Assembly (NCBI RefSeq): GCF_001194135.2
Contig: NC_068981.1
Coordinates: forward strand, 4,851,695 to 4,915,694
Reading direction: 5' to 3'
Source: Octopus bimaculoides
Taxonomy: Eukaryota
DNA: 64,000 nucleotides
Both the position numbers and the translations under genes were made by a program. This document shows, in pieces, positions 1 to 12,293 of this stretch. The notes beneath the pieces are model-generated. The model was given only the letters and a program-made list of their open reading frames with translations, was not told the origin of the DNA and made no database searches. Numbering within the stretch: position 1 is the first letter of the stretch; the number at the start of each line of letters is the position of its first letter.

Positions 1-1224
1 TCTCTCTCTCAAGTATGCATCCTTTGTGGTTGTCTTGTTTCTCATCTGCTTAATCATATGACTGACACCCATCAGCTCAACTTACAGGACTTCCTGAACC
101 AAAAGCGATGCATTGTTTGTGGGAAGGTGTGCCAGAGCCGATCTGAAACCGAGATCCACATGGCTGCCAGTCACGGTATTTTAGTGAAGCGTAGTAACTC
201 GAATTCAATGGATGCCAAGGTGAAACTTGACGAGAAAGGAGGTGGTAATTCCATGGCTATGGCAACCAAAACCGGAACTGCCACCCCTGGCTCGTCGGCC
301 TCTCAGTTGGTAAAAGGCAACTACTGTGTGTTTTGCAAGGTACCGTTTGCGAGCAATGCTGAATTGACACAACATTGTCTACTCGTACATAAGGCTTGCA
401 AAAAATGCGGCATGGTTTTGCCAGCAGAGGGTTCTCTTGGTAACCACAGATGTCAGATAAGCATTCCAACGGTGAAAGCTTGCAGTGTGTGTAAGAAGCA
501 GATACTCATTCAAGAGTTTATAAAGCACGTTGAAGAGAGGCATTTGAAAAAATGTTCTATCAAACTCAAGCGGCTCAACTCAGAAGAGATCAACGCAGAA
601 ATGAAAGAGAAAAAATTACACCTGGATATATCTGGTGGTGCTTCTCCTTGTTCAATATCTGGCAACATTGATTCCGGGCAAAACAGCGTTTCTGGGGATG
701 TAGGTAGCAATAGTTCAGCTCGATCACATAAACGAAAACCAGAAGAATCCGATAGAGCAGCGAAACGCAGTAAAATTTCTCTAGATAATGATAGTAATTT
801 TGAGGCTAAATCCGAATCTATATCTATAAGTGATAGTGATGATGATGTGGAAGTTATTAATGCTGGCAGTAGCTCTGCTGATAAGACTAAATTAGATTAC
901 CCCAAAAATGGTTCTGTTGATAAAAAGAAAGAAAGTAGTAAGACTGGCAGTGTTTCCGAATCTGCAGCACCTGAGAAGATGGATGTCGATGCGTCTCAAG
1001 AAAGTGAAGAGGAGAGCGACTGGAGTCAGAAAGGAACAGCTGCTGACAAGGACAAACAGGATGAGCAGGAAAACGCAACCGCTAATAATAATAATAACAA
1101 TAACAATAATGGTTCTACTTCTGCAAAACTGGAGTCTTCCAAAGAATCTGATGAAAGCTATGATAGTAAGAAAAGTCCTGTGAAATCAGGGAGTGACAAA
1201 AACATTACAGACAGCACCGAATGA
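1..1224 (+). CDS. 3' coding part (5'-incomplete, probably the terminal exon) of a multi-C2H2 zinc-finger nuclear protein with a long Ser/Asp/Glu/Lys-rich C-terminal tail
   Basis: Frame 1 has no stop from base 1 (SLSQVCILCGCLVSHLLNHMTDTH...) to TGA at 1222-1224. Fingers: C-x2-C-x9-H-x4-H (nt 16-72), CIVC-x12-H-x4-H, CVFC-x12-H-x4-H, CKKC-x12-H-x-C and CSVC-x11-H-x4-H. These are followed by an NLS-like HKRKPEESDRAAKRSK and a poly-Asn run (1084-1110). Orthology cannot be assigned by eye. Confidence 0.88.
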   Translation, partial: SLSQVCILCGCLVSHLLNHMTDTHQLNLQDFLNQKRCIVCGKVCQSRSETEIHMAASHGILVKRSNSNSMDAKVKLDEKGGGNSMAMATKTGTATPGSSASQLVKGNYCVFCKVPFASNAELTQHCLLVHKACKKCGMVLPAEGSLGNHRCQISIPTVKACSVCKKQILIQEFIKHVEERHLKKCSIKLKRLNSEEINAEMKEKKLHLDISGGASPCSISGNIDSGQNSVSGDVGSNSSARSHKRKPEESDRAAKRSKISLDNDSNFEAKSESISISDSDDDVEVINAGSSSADKTKLDYPKNGSVDKKKESSKTGSVSESAAPEKMDVDASQESEEESDWSQKGTAADKDKQDEQENATANNNNNNNNNGSTSAKLESSKESDESYDSKKSPVKSGSDKNITDSTE

Positions 1225-2890
1225 ATGGAGTGATTTGGTAAAAATGACTTAAACATATATAATATATATAAACAGCCTGAACATTATTCAGAAATATTAC
1301 CTCTACTCCTGGAGTCTTCATGTCTGTTGAGAATAATCTCTATTGCCTTGAAACTATGCTATATCTTAGGAACCAAAATAGCAGTCATCGGCAAGGGAAT
1401 TGTCACTCATGCTGTGTATGTAATGAAACTGTTAACACTGACCTGTTGCCCAGTCTGGAGTTAAACTCTTCCCCCAAAGATGTGGGCTTAGGGTCTCTGT
1501 TTTATGTAGAACTAAAAACTACTCAAATGGCTTTTGACTTTAATTTTTTTTTTTTTTTCCTTCCCTTCTCCCCAAATCTATGAATGCCATTGAAATATGT
1601 ATGTATTAGAATCTTTGGCTGTTATCAAATTAATTAATCACTTGTATTAATAATGATTAATTTTTTTGTCCATAATTGCTCTTGGAAAAATTGAAAATTT
1701 CTATTAACTTTCTTATTGAAAAAAACCCCCCCAAANNNNNNNNNNNNNNNNNNNNNNNNNNNNNNNNNNNNNNNNNNNNNNNNNNNNNNNNNNNNNNNNN
1801 NNNNNNNNNNNNNNNNNNNNNNNNNNNNNNNNNNNNNNNNNNNNNNNNNNNNNNNNNNNNNNNNNNNNNNNNNNNNNNNNNNNNNNNNNNNNNNNNNNNN
1901 NNNNNNNNNNNNNNNNNNNNNNNNNNNNNNNNNNNNNNNNNNNNNNNNNNNNNNNNNNNNNNNNNNNNNNNNNNNNNNNNNNNNNNNNNNNNNNNNNNNN
2001 NNNNNNNNNNNNNNNNNNNNNNNNNNNNNNNNNNNNNNNNNNNNNNNNNNNNNNNNNNNNNNNNNNNNNNNNNNNNNNNNNNNNNNNNNNNNNNNNNNNN
2101 NNNNNNNNNNNNNNNNNNNNNNNNNNNNNNNNNNNNNNNNNNNNNNNNNNNNNNNNNNNNNNNNNNNNNNNNNNNNNNNNNNNNNNNNNNNNNNNNNNNN
2201 NNNNNNNNNNNNNNNNNNNNNNNNNNNNNNNNNNNNNNNNNNNNNNNNNNNNNNNNNNNNNNNNNNNNNNNNNNNNNNNNNNNNNNNNNNNNNNNNNNNN
2301 NNNNNNNNNNNNNNNNNNNNNNNNNNNNNNNNNNNNNNNNNNNNNNNNNNNNNNNNNNNNNNNNNNNNNNNNNNNNNNNNNNNNNNNNNNNNNNNNNNNN
2401 NNNNNNNNNNNNNNNNNNNNNNNNNNNNNNNNNNNNNNNNNAAAGAAAAAATACAATTAAAAATTATTATTTTTTTTTTTAATATTAATATTTAGATAAA
2501 ATATCACAACTGGTTTGTTTGACATCCGAGGCTCTCTTGAAATAAATTTGTGATTTTAAACATTTAGATTAATTACATAGCTCTCTCTCTCTTCTGAAAT
2601 AAAGTTAATCAACCACTTGAAATTCTTGGAATTTAATGGACTTAATTCTCTGTCCACACACACACACACACACACACCTGTAAACACCTTTTTAACTTAG
2701 TTTGTTTAATTATTATTATTATTATTATATAAGCAACCACAGACAGCATTTAGATGCTGGCTTGCCTCTGGATCTTAGACTTTCTTAAAGAATTAGTCAT
2801 TACTCCATCTGAAAAGAACTTCAACTGCTTTTTATTTACCCATAATTTTTTTATGTTGTCCTCTTCCTGAAAATTCCATTATTATTATTC

Positions 2891-3118
2891 AAGGCGGTGA
2901 GCTGGCAGAATCATTAGCACACTGGGCAAAAATACTGGCATTTCACCCATTTTTTAATGTTCGGGTTCACATGCTGCCATGGTTGACTTTTGCCTTTCGT
3001 CCTTTCAGGGGTGAAAATAAGTACTGATCGAGCTCTGGGGGCGATGTACTTGACTATTCCCCTCCCTGATAATTTCAGGCTTTGTGCCTGTGGCAGAAAG
3101 GATTATTATTATTATTAT
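2891..3118 (+). mobile_element. tRNA-derived SINE family A (tail type 1), representative copy
   Basis: Head ggcggtgagctggcagaatc, body gttgacttttgcctttcgtcctttcagggg, tail aatttcaggctttgtgcc..agaaaggattattatt. Related copies at about 5583-5800(+), 6293-6505(+), 10823-10998(-), 11035-11260(-), 18590-18860(-), 33940-34080(-), 35000-35190(-), 36643-36760(-), 38330-38550(+) and 54305-54540(+). Confidence 0.8.
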
Positions 3119-6100
3119 GATCGAAGATGTAGGAAGAATTTTGACTGTTTTTAGTTCTCAGTGTCCATCCACAAACGCTGTTAAACCATTAATTTTATTT
3201 GCTTCATGTAAGGGAGATAATCTAATAGTAATTATATTGCTTTTGCTAGGGTCTCACCAATTATCTCGTCTAGTTCATCTTCTCGTCATTCCCCACCTCC
3301 TCTCTTATTCTTGGTCAGGGTGGTGTTGAGTAGTTGAGGCTGGACTTTATTATTTATAGATAAGTCGTTCTTTTGTCTGTGTTTTTGCTTCTAAAACTCA
3401 TTGCACATTACCATCCTGTTAATATTCATTTGCATGTTTGTCACCAATGAAGTGATGGCAAAGTCCTCGTTGTGGTTTTTGTCTTGGGCCCCCCCCATAA
3501 ATAAATGTAACAGCACTTTATTCAGTATATAAATGAAAGCCATTTCTTTGCCATCTCTGATACATTCACAAGAAATCAGTCCACCACTGTGTTTGCTGAG
3601 GTATCGACGTGCTATTTCCTCTGACAATCCACTGCATATTAACAATTGAGATGTGTGGTGACCAATTACAGTTTGGTGTTACATTGTAATTATTTCTTTT
3701 ATCATCGTCATTTAATGTCCGTTTTCCATGCTGGCATGGGTTGGACAGTTTGACAAACTGGCAAGCGAGAGAGCTGCATCAGGTTCCAATTGTCTGTTTT
3801 GGTATGGTTTCTACAGCTGGATGCCATTCTTAATGCCAACCTCTTCACGGAGTGTACTGGGTGCTTTTTACGTGTTGCTGGCATGCACCCCGTGAGCTTG
3901 CAAAATACTAACCTCTCAGCTGAGAGAGGGAGTGAAACCAAGAGATTTCTCTTTAAACAATTTTTTAAATCTTATTTATCATCTCGTCAAATTTCTGTTT
4001 AACATTAGACTGTTTCATTGCTATTGCATAACCTGGACAATTAGGATTTGATCCTTTTCACACCAGCTCATCTCATTTTGCCTTTCATTCTACAATACAA
4101 TTTTCCTGTTTTAAAGTAGTCCAAATTAACCCTTCCATCAAAATTTCATGTTAATTTTTGTTCCAAGCACCAGCTGAATAACAAGTTATTTTAGTGAATT
4201 CTTTATTTTCAAAATTTCTTGCAACAACGCTGTAATATTTCAACAGAACTGTGGTATCTTCAATGCCATGTCTCCTACTGTCCTAACCACGGTAATGGGT
4301 GGTCTTTTATAGAATTCTGGATGCTTACAAGACATATCAATAACATAGTAGTATCATCTCTTATTACTACAGTCCATGGCTTTATTCTCTTGGCCTAATT
4401 TTGTTGCCAAAATTCTTTATTTTCTGTCTGTGTAGAAGTAAACAGTTGTGTGAACCATTTCTGATATCTATTTGTGTATGTTGTGGAATTGAACATTTAT
4501 AGACTTTCTTTGTCAGAACCAAGAACTACCCTCAATGAAATCCTATTGAATGGGGAAACATCTTTTCACCCTCTTCTCACCAAGTTGAAGTTCTTGTATA
4601 ATAATATTTTAAACCATTTTTTTTTAAAGATATTTTACTGTTATGATTTAATAAAAACATGCAAACTAGTTTAGTATGGTTTTTCTCTGTTAGAATTTAA
4701 TTTTTGATTCCTTTTATACCCATTGGCTGACACATATTTTAGTGTTTTAGAAGTAAGGGCTAGTCTTAGACATACTTAAGGAGCTGGCTTCACAAAATGG
4801 CATGTCCCTTTTCCTGTAATTGCTGTTTTCATATGAAAATAACACTATGAATGCTATTCAAACCACCATGCCCTAATAATAAATTGGTTTATTTCAGCAA
4901 AAGTCTCAGAATGCACTGAATTAAAATATTATCACTTGTATCCTGGTATCTTGTGCATCTTACCTTCCTTGGTTCATCGTTGTCGTCCGTTTTCCATGCT
5001 GGCATGGGTTGGACAGTTTGACTGGGGACTGGCGAGCCAGGAGGCTGAACCAGGCTCCAATCTGTTCTACAGCTGGATGCCCTTCCTTTTGCCAACCACT
5101 CCAAGAATGTAGTGGGTGCTTTTTACGTACCATTCGGATCACTGTCAAATGTAAATGCTTTTATTTTCATTGTTTTGAATTGACTAGCTTGGCCAGTTTG
5201 AACATAAAGCATGTAGAATATTTGGGCTTAATTATAGCCTGTTAAATGCTAACGAGTTATTAATGAAATCGTAATCATTGTTTTGACCTCCACTTTTTAA
5301 TGCTCTCATGGATCAGGCAAATTTTTTTACATCCTCTTCCTGTTGCCAACCCTCAACTTTTCCCAAGCAAAGTAACACCCCCCCCCCATGGCCAGACATG
5401 TTTTTGCAGAAAATCAGAAATGAATGACAATGACTCATTTACAACTGTCCTACAATGTCAAGACAATCAAGCACAAACACAACACTCGTAAATATATTTT
5501 GCTCCTAACGGTCATTTTAGCTGCTTATGTATAAACATGCAAGTTTTTCTCCACCTGGATTTTCGTTATTATGCTCTTAATTAAGGTGGCAACATGGCAG
5601 AATCATTAGCACTAGACGAAATGCTTAGCGGTATTTCACCTGTCGCTATGTTCTGAGTTCAAATTCCACCACAGTCAACTTTGCTTTTCATCCTTTCGGG
5701 GTCAATGAAATAAGTACCAGTTATGCACTGGGGTTGATAAAATCAACTTGCTCCTCCCCCCCAAATTTCAGGCCTTGTGTCTAAAGTAGAAAGGATTATT
5801 ATGCTCTTAATTACTGTAGATATATATTCTTTCATGTTTTATACGTATCTCTTTATATATTTAGCTGACAGGCTTCTTCCAGTTTTCATCTCCCAAATCC
5901 ACTCACAGGGCTTACAGTAGAAGACATTTGTCCAAGGTGCTGCACAGTGGGATTGAACTGGAGACCATGTGGTTCAGAAGCAAACTTCTCAACCATACAG
6001 TTATGCCTGTACCTGAGAAACTGATGGTCGTGGACCTTAATTTTTAATATCATGAGAGTGATTTTGGTAAATTGAAATTGAAAAAAGCCCTTCATATATC

Positions 6101-7315
6101 ATCATCATCAGCAACTTTCTATGCTGGCATGGATTGGACAGTTTGACAGGATCCAATTGCCTGTTTTGGCATGGTTTCTGGGTGACCTTCCTAATGCCAA
6201 CCACATTACAGAGTGTGCTGGGAGCTTATATATACATGCATGTTACTGTCACCTTGTCTTGTCATTGCATAATAATTGTAAACAAGACGTCAAGCCGGCA
6301 GAATCGTTAGCACGCCAGGCGAAATGCTTAGCAGTATTTCGTCTGCTGCTATATAGTTCTGAGTTCAAATTCTGCCGAGGTCGACTTTGCTTTTCATCTT
6401 TTCGGGATCAATAAATTAAGTACCAGTTACATACTAGGGATCAATCTGATCGACTGGTTTCCCTCCTCCCTCGAAATTTCATGCCTTGTGCTTATAATAG
6501 AGGGGTATAGTTGTAAACAAGTGCACCATGCAAATATGTTTGGAAATATTACTTTTCTTAGAAACCTGTGAGGGTTGGCAACAAGAATAACATCCAACTG
6601 TAGAAGTTCTGCCTCTAAGAATTGTTTGATCCATGGAAAAGCGAGCATTAAAAATGATATCAAAATCTCTGAAGTTGTTCATGTTTAGTGCAGTGAATTG
6701 TTTAATAAGATGGCCTCTATTGCACGAACTTATTCTGCGCAAGTCCTTCACAAATTACTTTGTCCAGTTGTATGGCTACACTGGTAGAACATCTCTCACC
6801 AAATAAACCAAAATGATTTCAAAGTCTGATGACTAAGGATACATCTTTTTACACAAACTTAAGCAAAGGTCCCACAATGAACTCAGATTTGTGCTACCTG
6901 GTGTTGATACTGGAGAAGAATGCTGATAATCTATGGGTGACAACTACTGCGATTCTGGCAATGAAGAATCTGTTGTTTATTCCTCTGAAATGCCTTCGTC
7001 CAAATCAGCAAAGATATCAAGAGACACTTGACATGATTCTAGCTGCTTTGATTTTTAGTACAGATATTTTGGGGAGCCACTGAGCTGACCAAAGAGAACA
7101 TTTTTGTCTTCAGTCCCTACACAAATCAACTTCCGATGATCTTAGTGTGTTTCCGAGACGACGAGATCATCTCATAAAATATTCTCCTTATTCCAGAATG
7201 AGTCCAAAAGCAAATGAGATTGCTTAGTTTAAACACCAACTTAATAATGTCTGTTCTTTTGCTAATAATTTCTTCCTTATTTTCAAAGTTAATTGAAACA
7301 GAACACAGTGTATTT

Positions 7316-7678
7316 ATCTTTTACCTGTTACTGGTTTCAGTCATTAGACTGCAGCCATGCTGGGGCACCGCCTTGAAGAATTTTAGTTGAATGGATCACT
7401 TTTATGCCTGGTACTTATTCTATCAGTCTCTTTTGAACTGATAAATTATGGGGATGTAAACATACCAACACCAGTTGTCAAGCAGGGAGGGGGGGGGGCA
7501 AAGACATATGTATGCATGACAGGCTTCTTTCAGTTTCTGTCTACCAAATTTACTCACAAGGCTTTGGTCGGTTCAAGGCTATAAGTTGAAGACGCCCAAA
7601 AGTGCCATGCAGTGGGACTGAACCCAGAACCATGTGGTTGGAAAGCAAACTTCTTACAACCGGCCATGGCCTGCACCT
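7316..7678 (-). mobile_element. tRNA-derived SINE family B (tRNA head, central domain, GT/CA microsatellite, 3' tail ccagcatggc.gcagtc.aatgactgaaac)
   Basis: Near full-length copy. Other copies at about 14876-15268(-), 30836-31243(-), 37468-37885(+), 39780-40000(-), 43295-43605(-), 44033-44440(+), 46557-46935(-), 47920-48140(+) and 61900-62075(-). Heads carry an A-box (gctgtgtggtaag) and a B-box-like ggttcagtccc. Confidence 0.8.
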
Positions 7679-7929
7679 AGAGAAATATAGTAACAAAAGT
7701 TACTGTTAATTGTGTTCCGGATTTGGATGTACATCTTGAGAAACGGTCATTAGGAATTACTGCGATAATTGGTTTAGCTTCAGAATTCCATGGATTGATG
7801 TAAGAATGACTTTGACAAATCAACAAAACTAAAGTGGAAACTGGAATCCATATTTGATCCACAAAGGGTTGTGGCTGAGAAGTAAATTTCTGAACTACCT
7901 CATTCACCTGCACCTATTGCACACACATA

Positions 7930-8474
7930 TACGAGGGTGAGTCAAAAAGTAATGCCATCTTGTTTATAATTACCAACACAGGAACATGTATCATACATTA
8001 AAATGAAGCTGGTCCTCTGTGGATCACATCCCTACTTCTCAATAGAGTCACCGTTTCTCTCAATAGCAATGTTCCACCTTCCAATGAGAGCATGTATCCC
8101 TGCCCCGTAAAATTCTGTTGACTGTTCTTTGAGCCACTTCTTCACTAGTTTTCACTTCCTCATCACTGGAATAATGTTTGCCTCTCAAACCCTCTTTCAT
8201 GGGGCCGAAGAGATGATAGTCCACTGACAAGGAAGTGAAAACTGTAGTGAAGAAGTGGCTCAAAGAACAGTCAACAGAATTTTACGGGGCAGAGATACAT
8301 GCTCTCATTCAAAGGTGGAACATTGCTACTGAGAGAAACGGTGACTATGTTGAGAAGTAGGGATGTGATCCACAGAGGACCAGCTTCATTTTAATGTATG
8401 ATACATGTTCCTCTGTTGGTAATTATAAACAAAGTCCTAAACAAAATGGCATTACTTTTTGACTCACCCTCGTA
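7930..8474. mobile_element. Non-autonomous mariner fold-back element made of two transposase 3' ends
   Basis: Termini TACGAGGGTGAGTCAAAAAGTAATGCC...GGCATTACTTTTTGACTCACCCTCGTA are flanked by TA. The arms 7930-8160 and 8230-8474 are reverse complements. They encode a mariner C-terminus (DYHLFGPMKEGLRGKHYSSDEEVKT..KKWLKEQSTEF..RWNIA.ERNGDYVEK). Confidence 0.9.
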
Positions 8475-9159
8475 TATATATATATATATATGTGTATATG
8501 TATTCATCATCATTTAACATCCATTTTTCCTTGCAGTTCACTAAGGTCGATTTTCTGCGGCTGTATGCTCTTTCAGTCATCAACCCTCACCTGTTACAAA
8601 TTAAGGTAACATTTTTTTTAGTCCTTGAAATCTACACAACACACACCAACCAAGCACATGTATGGCATTAGCATCATCCTCATCGTCGTGGCATCTGCTA
8701 TTTCCATGCTTGCTCATGCTGGAGCAATTCCTGTCATCCCACCCTCACCTCTTTCCAACTAAGAGGTTGAATAATCCCCTAGGTCTACCAAACAGCCACA
8801 ACAGCTGGGGCATGGTTATACAATGGTCCAGAAGTAAGGGGCAGCAGCTGGATGAGCCCTTTGCGTACAAAGATAACACCTCAAGACACCCAGATGTTCT
8901 TAGAGACCCTAATGAACAACTGTTGTTTACAGTCAATGAACACCCGTAAGGATGAAGGGAAATATGAACTCGCAAAGACACATATAAGCATATATTATAT
9001 TCACACATGCACGTGTGTATGTGTGTATATTGTCCATTTTTCCATGTTGGCATGGGTTGGACGGTTTGATAGAATCCAATGAGCCCCAGGGCTGCGTCAA
9101 ACTCCAATGTCAGCTTTGGCTTGGTTTCTACAGCTAGAAACCATTCCTAGCTTTTTTCA

Positions 9160-9385
9160 TATTTATTTCTTTACTGCCAACAGGGGGCTAAACATAGAGG
9201 GGACAAACAAAGGGGTTAAGTCAATTATATCGACCCCAGTGCATAACTGGTACTTAATTTATCGACCCTGAAAAGATGAAAGGCAAAGTCGACCTCGGCA
9301 GAATTTGAACTCAGAACATAAAGACAGACTAAATACCGCTAAGCATTTCGCCCAGTTTGCTAACGTTTCTGCCAGCTCACCGCTT
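9160..9385 (-). mobile_element. SINE family A with alternative tail (type 2)
   Basis: Same head and body as family A, but the 3' end is tttgtttgtcccctctatgtttagccccctgttggcagtaaagaaata. A second copy lies at about 36110-36340(-). Confidence 0.8.
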
Positions 9386-11261
9386 TTTTCATGATATTTG
9401 TACAAGTGAGGTCACCAAATAACTTACAAGAAAAGAACAAGAAGAAGAAGCTCCTTTAACTAAAATGGGTGAGTATTTGAGTTGGGGTGGAGTGATGGTT
9501 CTATGCAAGGTATTGACAGGCTAAAGTGTGATGGACAAGCCAAAGTGTCTTGTTATAGAAGAGATATAAGGCTGGTGGGAGTAACTGGAAAAACATCATG
9601 TAACATCCGTTTCTCATGCTGGCATGGGTTGGATGCTTTGACAGGATGTAGTGTGTCAGGCTCCAATATCAGCTTTGGCATGGTCTCTACGGCTGAATAT
9701 TCTTCCTAATTTTACAGAGTGCTTTCTTTTTTTTTTTTTTTTTTGTGATACTTGCATGAGTGAGGTTTCCAAAGAATTTGTAAGATAGGAAAGAACAAGA
9801 AAAGAGGGGGGGGAACCGCCCTCAATAAAGGTGGGAGAGAGGTGGCTTTATGCTAGGGATGGGCTGAGGTGTATTGCTACAGGGAAGATACATGGCTCTC
9901 CTCACATTGTATAAGGGTGGGAAGAAGATAAAATGGTAGTGATGGGGTGCAAGAGCAAACCCTCAAGGAGCAAAGGATGATGTGACTGGTGGATGAGGAG
10001 AAGGGAGACATTTGGAGGGGTGGGGGTGAAAGTTGATTGGATATTGAGGGAAGAGGTGAATGTAATGAGAGATGAACAAGAATTGAGGTGTGGTTTGATG
10101 AGAAATATCAGCATGGGGGGGGGGGATTCAGAGAGATAGAAGTAGCTCGGGGAATAAGGGATGACGAGTGGGAGGGAGGGAGATGTAAATGTACATAAGG
10201 GGTCTGTTTTGGCATGGATGCCCTCCCTAACACCAACCATTTTACAGAGTGTACAGGGTGCTTTTTACATTGCACCATCATCAGTGCTTTTTATGTGGCA
10301 CCAGCACTAATAGGGTCACCAAGTATCATGCCAGACAAAAACCCCTCAACTGGGAGAGGGTGGAACAGTATTGAGTGCATGTGGTTTTGTGCCAGTTGAG
10401 AGATTAAAGGTAGAGAGGGGACAGATATATATAAGTGTTTTGCTGTAATGCCCACATACTTATATTTGGATTGTGATGTATATTAAAATGCATTCAATAA
10501 TCTTTTATTTAAACTAAACGAAATATTTTCACAAAATAGAATGAAGATCACATCTGGTAACGTCTCCTTCTTCAGTTTCGGCCATACTTTGGAATGGTCA
10601 AAATTTTTGCTGTATATTTATATTATTATGCCGGTAAAATTCACTCCTGACAACGTTTGTCCTAGCATGGCTTCTTTCTACTGTTTCCAGAAGACCATTA
10701 TTGACGATACGATGACCGTAGATTGATGAAGAGCGGGATGGTATTTGTTTTGAAACTTCCTGAAAAGAAAAGAACGAAAAGGGCTCAAGAAGGATCAGAA
10801 ATGGAGGGTTCACAAGAAGATTAATAATAATAATAATAATAATCCTTTCTACTATAGGCACAAGGCCTGAGATTTGAGGGGAGGGGGCTAGTTGATTACA
10901 TTGACCCTCAAGTATTTAACTGGGACTTATTTTACTGACCCTGAAAGGATGAAAGGTAATGCCGACCCCAGTGGAACTTGAACTCAGAACATAAAGGTGG
11001 ACAAAATGTTGCTGCCCTTCACCACCAGCTTAATAATAGTAATAACAATCCTTTCTACTATAGGCACAAGGCCTGGATTTTGTGGGGAGGGGGACAGCCA
11101 ATCATATCAACCTCAGGACTCAGCTGGTATTTATTTTATCGACCCCGAAAGGATGAAAGGCAAAGTCAACCTCGGCGGAATTTGAACTCAGAACATGAAG
11201 ACTGGATGAAATGCTGCTAAGCATTTTGTCGAGTGTGTTAATGATTCTGCCAGGTCACTAT

Positions 11262-11770
11262 CATCATCATCATCATCATCACTTAACATCTGTTTTCCAT
11301 GCTGGCATGGGGTGGATGATTCAACTGGGGTCTGGGATGCTAGGAGGCTGCACCAGGCTCCAATCTGATCTGGCAGTGCTTCTACAGCTGGATGCCCTTC
11401 TTAACGCCAACCATTCCAAGAGTGTAGTGGGTACTTTTTTACGTGCCACCGGCACAGGGACCAGAGGGGGCTGGCATAGACCACAATCAGATGGTGTTTT
11501 TTACGTCCCACCAGCACAGGAGCTAGTCAAGGCGGGGCTGGCATCGGCCACGTTTGGATGGTGCTTTTTACATGCCACCAACAAAGGGACCACAACTACA
11601 ATTTCCATTTGATTTTGATTTTGATGTACTTGACTCAATAGGTCTCCTCAAGCATGGCATGTCACCCTATGATCCAAGGTACTTTTGAGTGGGTTGGTTA
11701 TGCGACACAGGTGTAGGTTACAGCTGTGAACTCACTTTATTTGCTGGTTCTTCTTAGTCACAGCATATCT
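11262..11770 (-). mobile_element. RTE LINE 3' UTR fragment ending in (GAT)n
   Basis: Reverse complement of the tail ...gaagggcatccagctgtagaa...ccatgccagcatggaaaacagatgttaa..gatgatgatg, also seen behind the RT ORF at 18925-19980. Shorter copies at about 3705-3890, 4975-5135, 6105-6225, 9040-9150, 9600-9710, 33490-33740, 40020-40465, 48740-49092, 51078-51535, 62570-62670, 62900-63112 and 63937-64000. Confidence 0.8.
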
Positions 11771-12075
11771 CCAGATGCCTTAATAAATAATAATAATAAT
11801 AATAATGAGTTTATTGTATCCAGTGCTCAGGTGGTTTACAAGTCATCAAAAAAAGTTAAAAGAGGGGACAGAAAGCAGACATAGGTAAAGAAAGACATCA
11901 ACAAAAACTAAAAAGCATACATAAAATACACAGAAAAAAATATAGAAATACAGAAAAGTGAATATTAAAAGAGGAGTCTTAAAAGATGGAAGGATGGACA
12001 GGCATGGCAGGAGTAATGTTGGTGAACTTAGGGAAACATGGAATTTTTGACAGATGCAATGTCCGAACAGATTAA

Positions 12076-12293
12076 CCCTTTCGTTAACAAACCCAGCTAA
12101 AACCGGCTCTGGCTCTGTAGTACATATGTTTTCAAAAGATCTCAATTAAAATCTTCCACCAAACCTTAGTCACAATTTATGTTCCTAACACTAGCTTAAT
12201 GATAACAAAGTTATTTTACTAAATTCTTTGTTATATTTAAAATTAATTGAAAGAAACACAGAGCATCTTAAAATAAATGCAGTAACGAAAGTG
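12076..12293. mobile_element. piggyBac-like MITE
   Basis: TTAA|CCCTTTCGTTA ... TAACGAAAGTG|TTAA, with TTAA on both sides (12072-12075 and 12294-12297). Confidence 0.7.

Noticed and set aside
1676-2495. Long ORFs consisting mostly of X (also 19222-19500, 41991-42848, 46305-46631, 52990-53766 and 56043-56228)
   Set aside because: They are artefacts of translating through N gaps.
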